Assembly (NCBI RefSeq): GCF_035084215.1
Contig: NC_090337.1
Location: forward strand, 27,528,001 to 27,592,000
Direction: 5' to 3'
Length of the DNA: 64,000 bases
DNA from: Heptranchias perlo
Lineage: Eukaryota
Shown here: positions 36,850 to 47,620 of the stretch, piece by piece
Position numbering within the stretch: the stretch's first letter is position 1
How the letters are laid out: every line of letters starts with the position of its first letter
Translations under genes and position numbers: made by a program
Notes under the pieces: model-generated
What the model saw: the letters and a program-made list of their open reading frames with translations, nothing else
What the model was told of the DNA's origin: nothing
Databases searched by the model: none

Positions 36850-38269
36850 CTGAAATAAGCAATATGTCATTAATAACCTCATTTAAAGTGTTTTCTTTGT
36901 CAAACACATAGCATAAACTGAAATGAATTAGTAAAATGGAGACAGATTTGAGCACAAAGTTATTAACAGTTCCAGTTTTCTTCCCTTTTATCCTCTTACC
37001 CTGAAGGCACTGACTGTTACTGGGATATAGTTTCACAGTAGAATATTACAACTGAGCTCAATTATATTCTCACCCAATGTCTACAGCAAGAGTCACTTGA
37101 GAGCAGTCAGGTGCAAGAACGCTAGCAGCAGTTAGGGAGCTACAGCTGGTGTTAGCAGCCTGATGCTACGGAGGAAAAAATCTGCCAGCTCCCAGGTGGA
37201 GGCCAGTGAGTCCACTAATATTATTTAAATGACCATTGAAATTTTAAGGGGTTGGGGTGCATCTCTTACTTCCACCAGCGTTACAGTAAAGTGGAGGATC
37301 TATGCCACAGGATTTAGCAATAGCTCTTCCAATGGTATAGTGGGTAAAAGTGTTGTACTGAGTTATTGAGACCAGGGATTAACTCAGTACAACACTGGGT
37401 GGTGCCTTTACCCACTATGCCATTGGAAGAGCTATTGCAAAATCCTGTGAGCCTGCCTTGGAGCAGGCAGAGAATGGCTTGCAGCCTTGTAGTTTGGCTG
37501 GCAGCCTTGGGGTTGCGTTTTCATAGCTTATGCAATTGATTATGTTGCAATCAATTGCATAAGCTTCCCAGCCCTTTCATTTTAATCCCACCTCCCCTCT
37601 CCCCACAACACCCATAGCAACTTTGGAAGACAGGAACACGCCAGTATCCCTTACGCTCATGCTCCTAAGGTTCAACTAACAAGAAATAAATTCTGCGATG
37701 CATTCCATGCATTTGTGTCTAATTATAATATGTCCACCCATATCTGGGCAGATGTATTAAATGTCTGACATCACTTTCAGGGATGAGCTGGCAGTGATGG
37801 TGTGGCTCCCAAAGGATTGCCTGACCCATTCCACTCGGGTTATGCCCAGGAGCCCACAAAACCCAAGCAGAAAATCTAGGTCCAGGAATTTCCTTGAAGC
37901 TGCTCCTGCACGTAAACGGGTTTCCGCCGTACTTCTGGCGAAGGTACCATGTCAGAGCAGGACCATCTCCAAGGAAATTTCCAGCCTCGGTCTTTATTTC
38001 ACTTATATCTGTAATTTTTACCTGTGGAAATCCTGGTATGAATAATTTAATGCACAGAAACAACCATAACATAATGGAACATTGTTGCTCTCAAGAAAGT
38101 ATGTTATGTATCTAATTATGTAAGGAATATTGCTTCCATACTATATTTTGGTTATGAAGTGAGCATTTAAATGCTTATTACCCTACATTTTATTAATTGC
38201 ATTCTGAAAGCATATTTATCAGAATCAGCTCATCACTTTTTAAATGAAACAAAAAACTCTGGTTCTGAC

Positions 38270-38373
38270 CTGAATTATTATCAGTCTGATCAGGTTTAAG
38301 ATCTGAACCAACCGGTTGTAGAAGACTGGAAGGAATCCATCCTGTTTTATAAGTTACCAGACTTCTCACTTGC
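38270..38373 (-). CDS. MCF2L2: MCF2L-family exon, SH3 C-terminal half (W-QVRSLVTYKTGWIPSSLLQPVGSDLKPDQTDNNS)
   Basis: gtttcag acceptor, AG/gtcaga donor, 104 nt phase 2->1; GWIPSS matches the SH3 GW(V/I)P motif. Confidence 0.9.
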
Positions 38374-39389
38374 CTGAAACACACGAAATGCAGAAATAAT
38401 GCCAGCGAACTATTTGTAAATATGCAGACTCGAAGCAAAGCTGATAGTTTTAGTTACGTGGTCACACATTGCAAGAACCACAGGAAATTCTACCTTAATT
38501 CTTTTATTTTTTGGAATAAAGTTTTGTTTTCATCAAGGAGCAGGCATGTTAGCATTAGGTAAGTGAACACTTCCATTTATACATTCAGTGTCATGTACTA
38601 CTAGGATATGCATAGGAAGGTTACATGCATAATAAAACTTTCTGGGACCTATAATCCCTGGCCTATGTAGGGTACTCCAGCCATAACAACAGCAGGAGCG
38701 TGATAGAACAGCTGCAAACTAAGCTGGGACCTCGGTATGTTGCAAAATGTTAGTCTTAAGTTCTTTTTCGAGCCCTATACACAGGGAGCGGGATGTAGAA
38801 AAGGAGTTAAATGTAAAACAATAAAGTAACCTTGTTGCTTTTAAACTCAATGGAAAGTAGAATTAAATTTTACTCCCAGCTCTAACTTTATCTGCTTGCT
38901 CATTCAATTATCATCTTTCAAAATTGTTCTTGTCTGCATTAAGTAGTGCTCAGTTTTCAATTAAGGCATTGTAATTTGACAACTGTTACAATTAAGTTAA
39001 TAAGACTGTTGCTCAAAGTGTGTATTACAGGTTAATCTATAGCATCAATATGGGAAGCAGAAATATTCCTTAACTTTGTACCTGTCTGATGTTTATAATA
39101 ATATAGCCCTGATTTTGGAGGATCCAAGGCAGTTCACAAAATTATCCCTATTTTTTCTTGCCCTTCCATTAGTGTCTATTTTGATCTGTCTCCTTTCATT
39201 CTCTGTTTTCTGTTAACTATCGTTGCTTTCCCTCAGATTTTTTATTTGCTTTAATTCTGTATTTTCCACCCTTCTTTCTCACATTGTCTGAATCAATCTA
39301 ACTTTGAAGTGACTTGGAATTTAGACTGAAAAGTGCTGGTGATAGTGACTATTTTCTATCCCTTTTTTTAAACTTATGATTGAACTCAC

Positions 39390-39502
39390 CACTGTCCCTC
39401 TTCTCCCTCTTGCAATACCTCAACCACTTCGCCATTCTGCACTGAAAGTTCCTCAATGGATTTAGTTTCATAAATGCCTTCTACTCGGAACAGACTTTGA
39501 GT
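39390..39502 (-). CDS. MCF2L2: MCF2L-family exon, SH3 N-terminal half (TQSLFRVEGIYETKSIEELSVQNGEVVEVLQEGEEGQW)
   Basis: catttcag acceptor, gtgagt donor, 113 nt phase 0->2; EL.V..G.VVE..QEG.EG.W matches the MCF2L SH3. Confidence 0.9.
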
Positions 39503-40857
39503 CTGAAATGAAGAAATGTGCAAAGTGTAAACAGGCGACAAGAATCCAAACTGCAGAATGAAGAGTTACAAAAATAATGTATAATATGAAAATAGACTGA
39601 AATTTTGAAAATATTTACATAGGTTATTCAGTGCTACAACAGGAAATATGGTTAATTACTTCCTCAAGTCAGGTTTGCTGGACAATTCACAAGCAACAAA
39701 GTGATAAGTGACATGTGTATAGCCTTAAGAATGGAAATAAAACAAGTTATTTGATGGAGTGCCATCTACTATCATGTTTATAATGTTTTGTGGCTCAAAA
39801 AATCACAATCAAAAGTTTTCTTTTAACAATTTGTTTATAAATCATCTATTGTGACATTGCAACTGTAGAAATATGTAAACTATTTTTACATTTGCCATTA
39901 AATATTTCCAAAGTTGCAAGCCCATATCAGTGTGACAAGTAGTAATTAACCTTTTAGATCTAGGGCTCTGGTTGGCCAGTGGTTAAAATTTTATCTCGAT
40001 TTGCTAAACATTGGTATAAGGTGAGTCACTTTTCATTAGCAGAAGTTATAACTCACATGCTGGAATACACTATTTTGTTCTTTTGGACTCATGAGTGCTT
40101 GAATGTGCTATGATGGGCATACTACTGAACAACCCTTCATATTACACATGGCATAATGCTGTATAGGCAGTGCTTAATGATTTAAGTAGCCAGTTAACTG
40201 GTATATTTAGTACATGGGCTTTATATTTAACTGTTACTGGATTAAATGTATGGAGGAGTTAGTGGAAAGCATGGTTTAACGACAAGGCTTTGGAGCCCAT
40301 CCTCAGGGCATCATTAAACATCCAAAATTAATCCTTAGCACAGATATTTATCCACCCACGATAAACAGTGGCTAAAGCAGGTATGGGAAAAATAACTGCG
40401 TGGGTCAATACAATGTCACATACTCAACAGGCATGGGATGAAGTAAAAAAAAAATGTTTGACCTGAAGAAAGTTGCAATGAATATTAATGTGACTGACAA
40501 GCATTGGCATGTAGAACTTTTCAATTGAAGCCCTAAAGCAGAAATTAACAAATGGTGTTTTTTATAAGAAAAAGATTAGTGAAGACAAATGTAGGTCCCT
40601 TACAGTCAGAAATGGAAGAATTTATAATGGGGAACAAGGAAATGGCAGAGCAATTAAACAAATACTTTGGTTCTGTCTTCACGGAAGAGGGCACAAATAA
40701 CTTCCCAGAAATGCTAGGGAACCAAGGGACTAGTGAGAATGAGGAATTAAAGGAAATTAGTATTAGTAAAAAAATAGGGCTGGAGAAATTAATGGGACTG
40801 AAAGCCGATAAATCCCCAGGACCTGATAATCTGCATCCCAGAGTACTAAAAGAGGTA

Positions 40858-41033
40858 ATTGTAAACAATTTTACAACACCAAGTTATAGTCCAGCAATTT
40901 TATTTTAAATTCACAAGCTTTCGGAGGCTACCTCCTTCCTCAGGTGAACGATGTGGAAATGAAGCAGGTTCATCGTTCACCTGAGGAAGGAGGTAGCCTC
41001 CGAAAGCTTGTGAATTTAAAATAAAATTGCTGG
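40858..41033. mobile_element. Penelope-like terminus with inverted duplication and hammerhead motif, inserted in CR1
   Basis: 13-bp TSD actaaaagaggta (40845-40857, 41034-41046); 67-bp perfect inverted repeat. Confidence 0.8.
40976..41014 (+). ncRNA. Minimal type I hammerhead ribozyme motif (mirror copy on minus strand at 40910-40948)
   Basis: UUCAC-CUGAGGA-A-GGAGG(UAG)CCUCC-GAAA-GC-U-U-GUGAA: helix I UUCAC/GUGAA, both core boxes, 5-bp helix II, palindromic AGCU helix III. Confidence 0.7.
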
Positions 41034-43289
41034 ACTAAAAGAGGTAGCCATGGAAATAGTGGATGCATTAGTTGTCATCTTCCAAAACTCTACAGATTAT
41101 GGAAGAGTTCCTGCATATTGGAGGGTGGCAAATGTAACCCCACTATTTAAAAAAGGAGGGAGAGAGAAAACAGGGAACTACAGACTGGTTAGCCTAACAT
41201 CCGTAGTAGGGAAAATGCTAGAGTCTATTATAAAGGATGTGACAACAGGACACTTAGAAAATATCAACGAGATTAGACAAAGTTAACATGGATTTATGAA
41301 AGGGAAATCATGTTTCACAAACCTGCTGGAGTTTTTTGAGGATGTAACTGGTAGAATAGATAAGGGAGAACCAGTGGATGTGGTTTATTTGGATTTTCAG
41401 AAGGCCTTTGATAAAGTCCCACATAAGAGGTTAGTGTGCAAAATTAAAGCACATGGGATTGGGGTAACATACTGGCATTGATTGAAAATTGGTTAACAGA
41501 CAGCAAACAGAGAGTAGGAATAAACGGTCTTTTTCGGGGTGGCAGACAATGACTAGTGGGGTACTGCAGGGATCAGTGCTTGGGCCCCAGCTATTCACAA
41601 TATATATCAATGATTTGGATGAGGGAACCAAATGTAATATTTCCAAGTTTGCTGATGAAACAAAATTAGGTTGGATCGTGAGTTGTGAGGAGGATGCAAA
41701 GAGGCTTCAACGCGATTTAGACAAGTTGAGTGAGTGGGGAAATACATGTCAAATGCAGAATAAAGTGGATAAATGTGAAGTCATCCACTTCTGAAGAAAA
41801 AACAGAAAGGCAGAGTATTATTTAAATGGTGATAGATTGGGGAATGTTGATGTACAAAGGGACCTGGGTGTCCTTGTACACCAGTCACTGAAAGCAAACA
41901 TGCAGGTACAGCCAGCAGTTAGGAAGGCAAATGGTATGTCAGCCTTCATTGCAAAAGGATTTGAGTACAGGAGCAAGGATGTCGTACTGCAGTTATACAG
42001 GGCCTTGGTGAGACCACACCTGGAGTATTATGTGCAGTTTTGGTCTCCTTACCTAAGAAAGGACATACTTGCCATCGAGGGAGTGCAGCGAAGGTTCACC
42101 AGACTGATTCCTGGGATGGCAGAACTGTCGTATGAGGAGAGATTGGGTCGATTCGGCCTGTACTCACTTGAGTTTAGAAGAATGAGAGGGGATTTCATTG
42201 AAACATATAAAATTCTGACAGGGCTAGACAGACTGGATGCAAGGAGGATGTTTCCCCTTGCTGGGGGGTCCAGAACGAGGGGTCAGAGTCTCAGGATATG
42301 GGGTAGGATATTTATGACTGAGATGAGGAGAAATTTCTTCACTCAGAGGGTGGTGAACCTGTGGAATTCTCTACCACAGAAGGCTGTGAAGGCCAAGTCA
42401 CTGAATATATTTAAGAAGGAGCTAGATAGATTTCTAGACACAAAAGGCATCTGGGGGTATAGGGAGAGAGCGGGAATATGGTATTGAGATAGAGGATCAG
42501 CCATGATCATATCGAAGGGCCGAATGGCCTACTCCTGTTCCTATTTTCTATGTTTCTATGTAAGAACGCAAAGGAATTTCATTATGCAGATTATTGTGCA
42601 GTGATACTGCGATCTGTAGAAGGAGTGTTCAAAAGCACACAGCTAACCAAAGGGATTTGTTTCTAAAATATGGAAGCAAGAGCTGGCAATGTCATTTTAA
42701 GCTGAAACACCCTGAAAGTGCTGTTAGTATATTAATGCGAACCTTCTTTCACTGTACATGATGTCAAAAGCACTGTTAACAATACACAATGTTTTTCTCC
42801 TTTCAAGCAAAAATGGCATTCAATTGCTGTGAACAAATGTGGACAGGGGGTGGGACCAGCCAAACTATGGAGCTTACTGCCTTTGATGTGGCCATAATGA
42901 AGGTCATAGACCAAGACACCCAGGAGGCACGGGACTGACAAAGCAGGAGGATGCATCAGGAGTCCAGGTTAGAACTATAATACGAACTTGTCATTACTGG
43001 AACATCATCTAGCAAGCACATATCAACACCACAGATTACAGCATGCCACAATATGGATTGCTGAGATAATGCACTCAAAGTGTCGCTTATTTTCTTTCCA
43101 CAGAATTGCAAAAAAGGTCAGAAGCTGAGCCCAGACCCTCCCAGCAAACCCCCGTAGCACAGCGCTCTCCGGCAACAACACTCCTAGAAGGCATCAGGTC
43201 AGGAACAAAAACCTAGACTGTAAAACTTCAAAGGTAGACGAAGGAATATAGTATGGCGGGTGGATCAAAGGAAACAAGGGTAAATGCCA

Positions 43290-43640
43290 AACTGAGTTCT
43301 CAAAGGTTTGCACGGCTGGAGGAGGTTACAAAGAAAGGAAGGGGCAAGGCCATGGAGGGATTTGAACACAAGGATGAGAATTTTTATTCGAGGTGTTGCT
43401 GGACCAGGAGCCAATGTAGGTCAGCGAGCACAAGGGTGATGGGTGAATGGGACTTGATGCGAGTTAGGATACGGACAGCAGATTTTTCAATGACCTGAAG
43501 TTTACAGAGGGTGAAAGATGGGAGGCTGGCAGGAGAGCATTGGAATAGTTGAGGCAGGGGCGGAGATGGGCGATATTCTGGAAGTGGAAGTACGCTGTCT
43601 TGGTGATGGAGCAGATATGGGGTCGGAAGCTCGGCTCAGG
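43290..43640 (-). mobile_element. L2-type LINE fragment
   Basis: SFRPHICSITKTAYFHFQNIAHLRPCL..YSNALL motif. Confidence 0.8.
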
Positions 43641-43981
43641 GTTGCGAACCATCTAGTTCTGCTTCAGCCTCAGACACTTCAGCCTTATACCCAGGAGAGT
43701 CCTTGTGCAATTTCAGGGCCCATATGTTAAATAAAGGCTATTTGACAATTCTACCAAAACACACACATACAAACATGACATGGTATCCAATCAGGTCTCA
43801 CGTTGACCTTTGTCCTCATTCAGAACCCCTTCCAAATTACTGAACAAATCTGACAATAGTGAGTGCCATTCAAGAACATCTTGAGTGAAGTTACAACAAT
43901 ATGACATTTATTGAAAAATCTCACTTAAAAGTGAGGTTGGCTGATCAATTCTATTTTTTATCGTGACAAAAATATGCTTAC

Positions 43982-44097
43982 AGTTTTACTAGATATTTCT
44001 TCATCCATATCTGAGTTGGAAAATTCATCCATACTTGAAGGAATAGTTTCAAAATCCTCGGAAGTGTCCAATGATGGGATAGGTTTACATGACCAAC
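43982..44097 (-). CDS. MCF2L2: MCF2L-family exon (G-WSCKPIPSLDTSEDFETIPSSMDEFSNSDMDEEISSKT)
   Basis: ttgcag acceptor, gtaagc donor, 116 nt phase 1->0; resembles MCF2L GWSKTSHSLEAPED..SS..E..NSSD.EE acidic linker. Confidence 0.85.
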
Positions 44098-44140
44098 CTG
44101 CAATTACAAGTAAACATGTCCTGTTAATTAATATCTGTTA

Positions 44141-44483
44141 ACAACAACAACTTGCATTTATAGAGTGCAGAGAAACATCCCTCCGAGAATTCTGCGCTCC
44201 TCCAATTCTGGCCTATTGTGCATCCCCGATTACCTTCGCCCCACCGTTGGCAGCCGTCTCTTCAGCGGTCTAGGTCCTAAGCTCTGCAATTCCCTTGCTT
44301 AACCTCTCTCTCCTCCTTTAAGATGCTCCTTAAGTCCTTTCTCTTTGACCAAGCTTTTGGTTGCCTGTCCTAATATCTCCTTATGTGGCTCGGTGTCAAA
44401 TTTTCTCTGATAACGTTCCTGTGAAGCGCCTTGGGACGTTTTACTATGTTAAAGGTGCTATATAAATGCGAGTTGTTGTTGTT
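44141..44483 (+). mobile_element. L2 3' end with (TTG)n tail, preceded by a short inverted copy of the tail
   Basis: cctgtgaagcgccttgggacgttttactatgttaaaggtgctatataaatgcgagttgttg; reverse copy at 44141-44168. Confidence 0.8.
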
Positions 44484-45769
44484 GGTGGTGGTGGTGGTGC
44501 TTGATGTTATTCAGCCAGATCTGACGTTGGATGGCTAAACCAGTTGTGCACCTGATATGTTCAAGTCTGGATCCCTGGAACTTGAGGGAGCAAAGATGGG
44601 GGCTAAATCAAGGGGAATAACCAGGATGGGAGAGGGTAAAAGTTTTACGGATGACAAGGACATCGAGGTGGCGGTTAAAAGTGTTGAACGTAACTAGTAA
44701 CACTTAAGCCACGTTATTGTTTTGTGTTGTATGTAGCAAATCAGAAATATGTCTGTCTGAAATCATTTACCATCCTCTTCAAAGTTAACCATGCTTTGTT
44801 TTTTTCGTGTCATCTGCAAATTTTGATATTGCACCCCTATACCCAAGTCCATATCATTTATATATGTTGATTATTATATATTTTGATATTCATATATATA
44901 TATATACATATATATGAAGGATTCATGATATAGTTTGCTGACAATTTCATTCCCCTGGCAGGGTGTCTCAACCTGGGAGCACATATTGGTGGTTTGCTGC
45001 ACATGATTTTCCAACCTTTCCAACTTTAACTAAAATGGCTGGAAAATTATGCCTGCATTTGCAATACAAGGAGACAACTAGCACAGGGGGAGTCCTGCCA
45101 CTCAGTAAACAGCCTTGGAAGAGGCGGCCATTGACATAATAGAAAGAGACATAGCAGTCAACATCAGAGATATTATGCAAAACAGTTCTAGCTGGCATGA
45201 CTCCTTTAAGCTGTAATATGTCTTTAAATCCTGCTGCAGCATCCTAGTTCCCAACCCCCAAAATGGCAAGATCCCAACGACTGGCACGCATTAAACCGGA
45301 CTATCATTATTTAAACCGGACTGACGTTGGAAACTGCAGTGGTGTCATCCTACTTCTAGTCAGGCAAGTTCAAATCCAGGAACTATTGTTTATCTTGTGC
45401 AATTTATTTACCAGCAGATGGCGCAGCCATACTTCCTAAAGGATTTTCTACAAATGTTTGGTAGATGTGTAATGCTTAGATACTGGTCAGTCTCAGTCCT
45501 TAAAGCAGAGTGAATTATTTTTTGTGTCTCCCTAGAGGACATGATAATTTGCAATAGGATTAGATATAGTGAACAGAATTATAAAACTTAGCAGAACATT
45601 GCTACTGTTGCCAAAACATTGTGCATATGTGGGACAGCTTTCAAAGTAGCATTTTATTTGGGCAAATGAAATGCCTTTTTGCATTGCCAAATAAGTATCA
45701 CGAAGTAATTTAACACATCTCTGGTGTGCTTTCAAGTTGGTACACTAAAGTTATGTCTGTGAACCAAAG

Positions 45770-45945
45770 CAGTTTAATTGGTCATTTATCTCATTGGTGT
45801 TTGTGAGATCTTGCTGTGAGCAAATTGGCTGCCTTGTTTCCTACATTACAACAGTGAGTACACTTCAAAAGTGCTTCATTAGCTGTAAAGTGTTTTGGGA
45901 TGCACTGAGGATATGAAAGGTGCTAGAAAATGCAAGTTCTTTTTT
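45770..45945 (+). mobile_element. Deu-domain SINE 3' part
   Basis: ctcattggtgtttgtgagatcttgctgtgagcaaattggctgcc core plus L2-like tail. Confidence 0.65.
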
Positions 45946-46294
45946 TCTTTCTTTATTTGCTGTCAGTGCAAAGAACACTGAAGTTTCTCCTCAACATTTC
46001 TATGCTGCCCATGTCCACTATTTGTCAAAGGTATAAAACAGTTTGGAACCAGTTGTGGCAGGCACTTCTTGACCCTTTTTGTAAATACAGATTTGCTGAG
46101 TAGATATTTAAGACTCAGGATGGATAATTGACCAGAAAGGCACATTTCACAGACGCAATGATGAATTCAATAGTGCAAGAGGTACTGCCTAGGAGGGCAG
46201 CAATGCCTGATAAAATGTTTGTGATAAAAGTTGGCCTCTTCATCTACTTTGTAGCAGGCACACACAAGGAATACTTTGGGCACTTACTTTTATC

Positions 46295-47620
46295 ATGGTT
46301 GATCTTCTACCTTAACTCCACTTTCCTGCCCTATCCCCATATCCCTTGATTCTTAATGTCCAAAAACCTATCAATCTCAATCTTGAATATACTCAATGAC
46401 TGACCATCCATGACTCTCTAGGGTAGAGAATTCCAAAGATTCACAACCCGCTGAGTGAAGACATTTTTCCTCATCTCGGTCCTAAATGGCCGACCTCTTA
46501 TCTTGAGACTATGACCCCTAGTTCTAGACTCTCCAGCCAGGAGAAACAGCCTCTCAGTATCTACCCAGTCAAATACTCTGTAAAAATATTGGAAATAGGG
46601 AAAAATTGACATCTTTTTCTTTAAGCTACTAACCATCATGCTCTGCAGGCTGTGCTGCATATTTGGCTGAGTTTGTGGCTTATTTTGTTGAATTGTAAAC
46701 TGTTAATCTTTGACTAATGACTGACCCCTGTCACCCTCCTTGCTAGACATGGCAGTTATGTGATAAGCGGAACAATGACCCAAAAAAGCAGAACAATAAT
46801 CCAAAGATAACAATAAGACCAGGACCGTGGCTAGATAGCTAGACAATGCTACATTGAAAAGGGTCTTGTGGTTAAATGAGTAATGTTAAAACAAGCTGAC
46901 CATCTAGAATTCTTTGAAAAACAACTTTGTTAATCCATAAGGGTCTTATGAATATTGTTCCATAGATGGTGGAGTTTCCTGCCGGGGTGTGGGGGGACAT
47001 AAAAACCCAACGTCTTTTGAGCTCAGCACAGAGGAATCAGCGAAGACCATCCAGATGCCGAAAGAACACTTAGCTGTCTGAAGATGACACCGCTGTCAGA
47101 AGAACAGTTGACTATCAGAAGACTACCTCACTGTCAGAAAATTCGAAATGACCACGTTGCCAACTTAATTACAACTACTGCCCAGAGATCAAACGGGGTA
47201 ATATTGTTTTGATATTTGTTGTCTAAATATTTGATACCTCTACATGTTTGATTTGACTATTAAAAAATGAGACATTGATTACCAATTGGTGTTACCTCCG
47301 AATCTGTTACACCTCTAAGAATTTTATACGTTTCAATAAGATCACTTCTTATTCTTCTAAACTCCAGAGAACACAGGCCCATTCTACTCAATCTCTTCTC
47401 AAAGGACAACCCTCTCATCCCAGGAATCAATCTACTGAACTTTCGTTGCAACCCCTCTAAGGCAAGTATATCCTTCCTTAGATAAGGAGACCAAAACTAT
47501 ACACAGTACTCCAGGTGTGGTCTCGCCAGAGCCCTATATAATTGCAGCAAGACCTCCTTACTCTTACACTCCAGCCCCCTTGCAACAAAGGCACATACCT
47601 TTGGCCTTCCTAATTACCTG
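46295..47620 (-). mobile_element. CR1 3' fragment split by a solo LTR
   Basis: RGHSLKIRGRPFRTEMRKNVFTQRVVNLWNSLP (46418-46578) and QRKFSRLIPGMRGLS..SLEFRR (47312-47620). Confidence 0.85.
46579..47311 (+). mobile_element. Solo LTR (~733 bp)
   Basis: TGTAA...TTACA termini, imperfect 4-bp TSD actc/cctc, interrupts collinear CR1. Confidence 0.7.

Larger units (their letters stand above)
40567..42561 (+). mobile_element. 5'-truncated CR1 LINE (ORF2 RT pseudogene through 3' tail)
   Basis: ORFs 40552-42487 carry SPGPD.LHPRVLKE, DFQKAFDKVPH, GSVLGP.LF.IYINDL, KFADET, FFTQRVVNLWNSLP; ttctatgtttctatgt tail. Confidence 0.95.
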
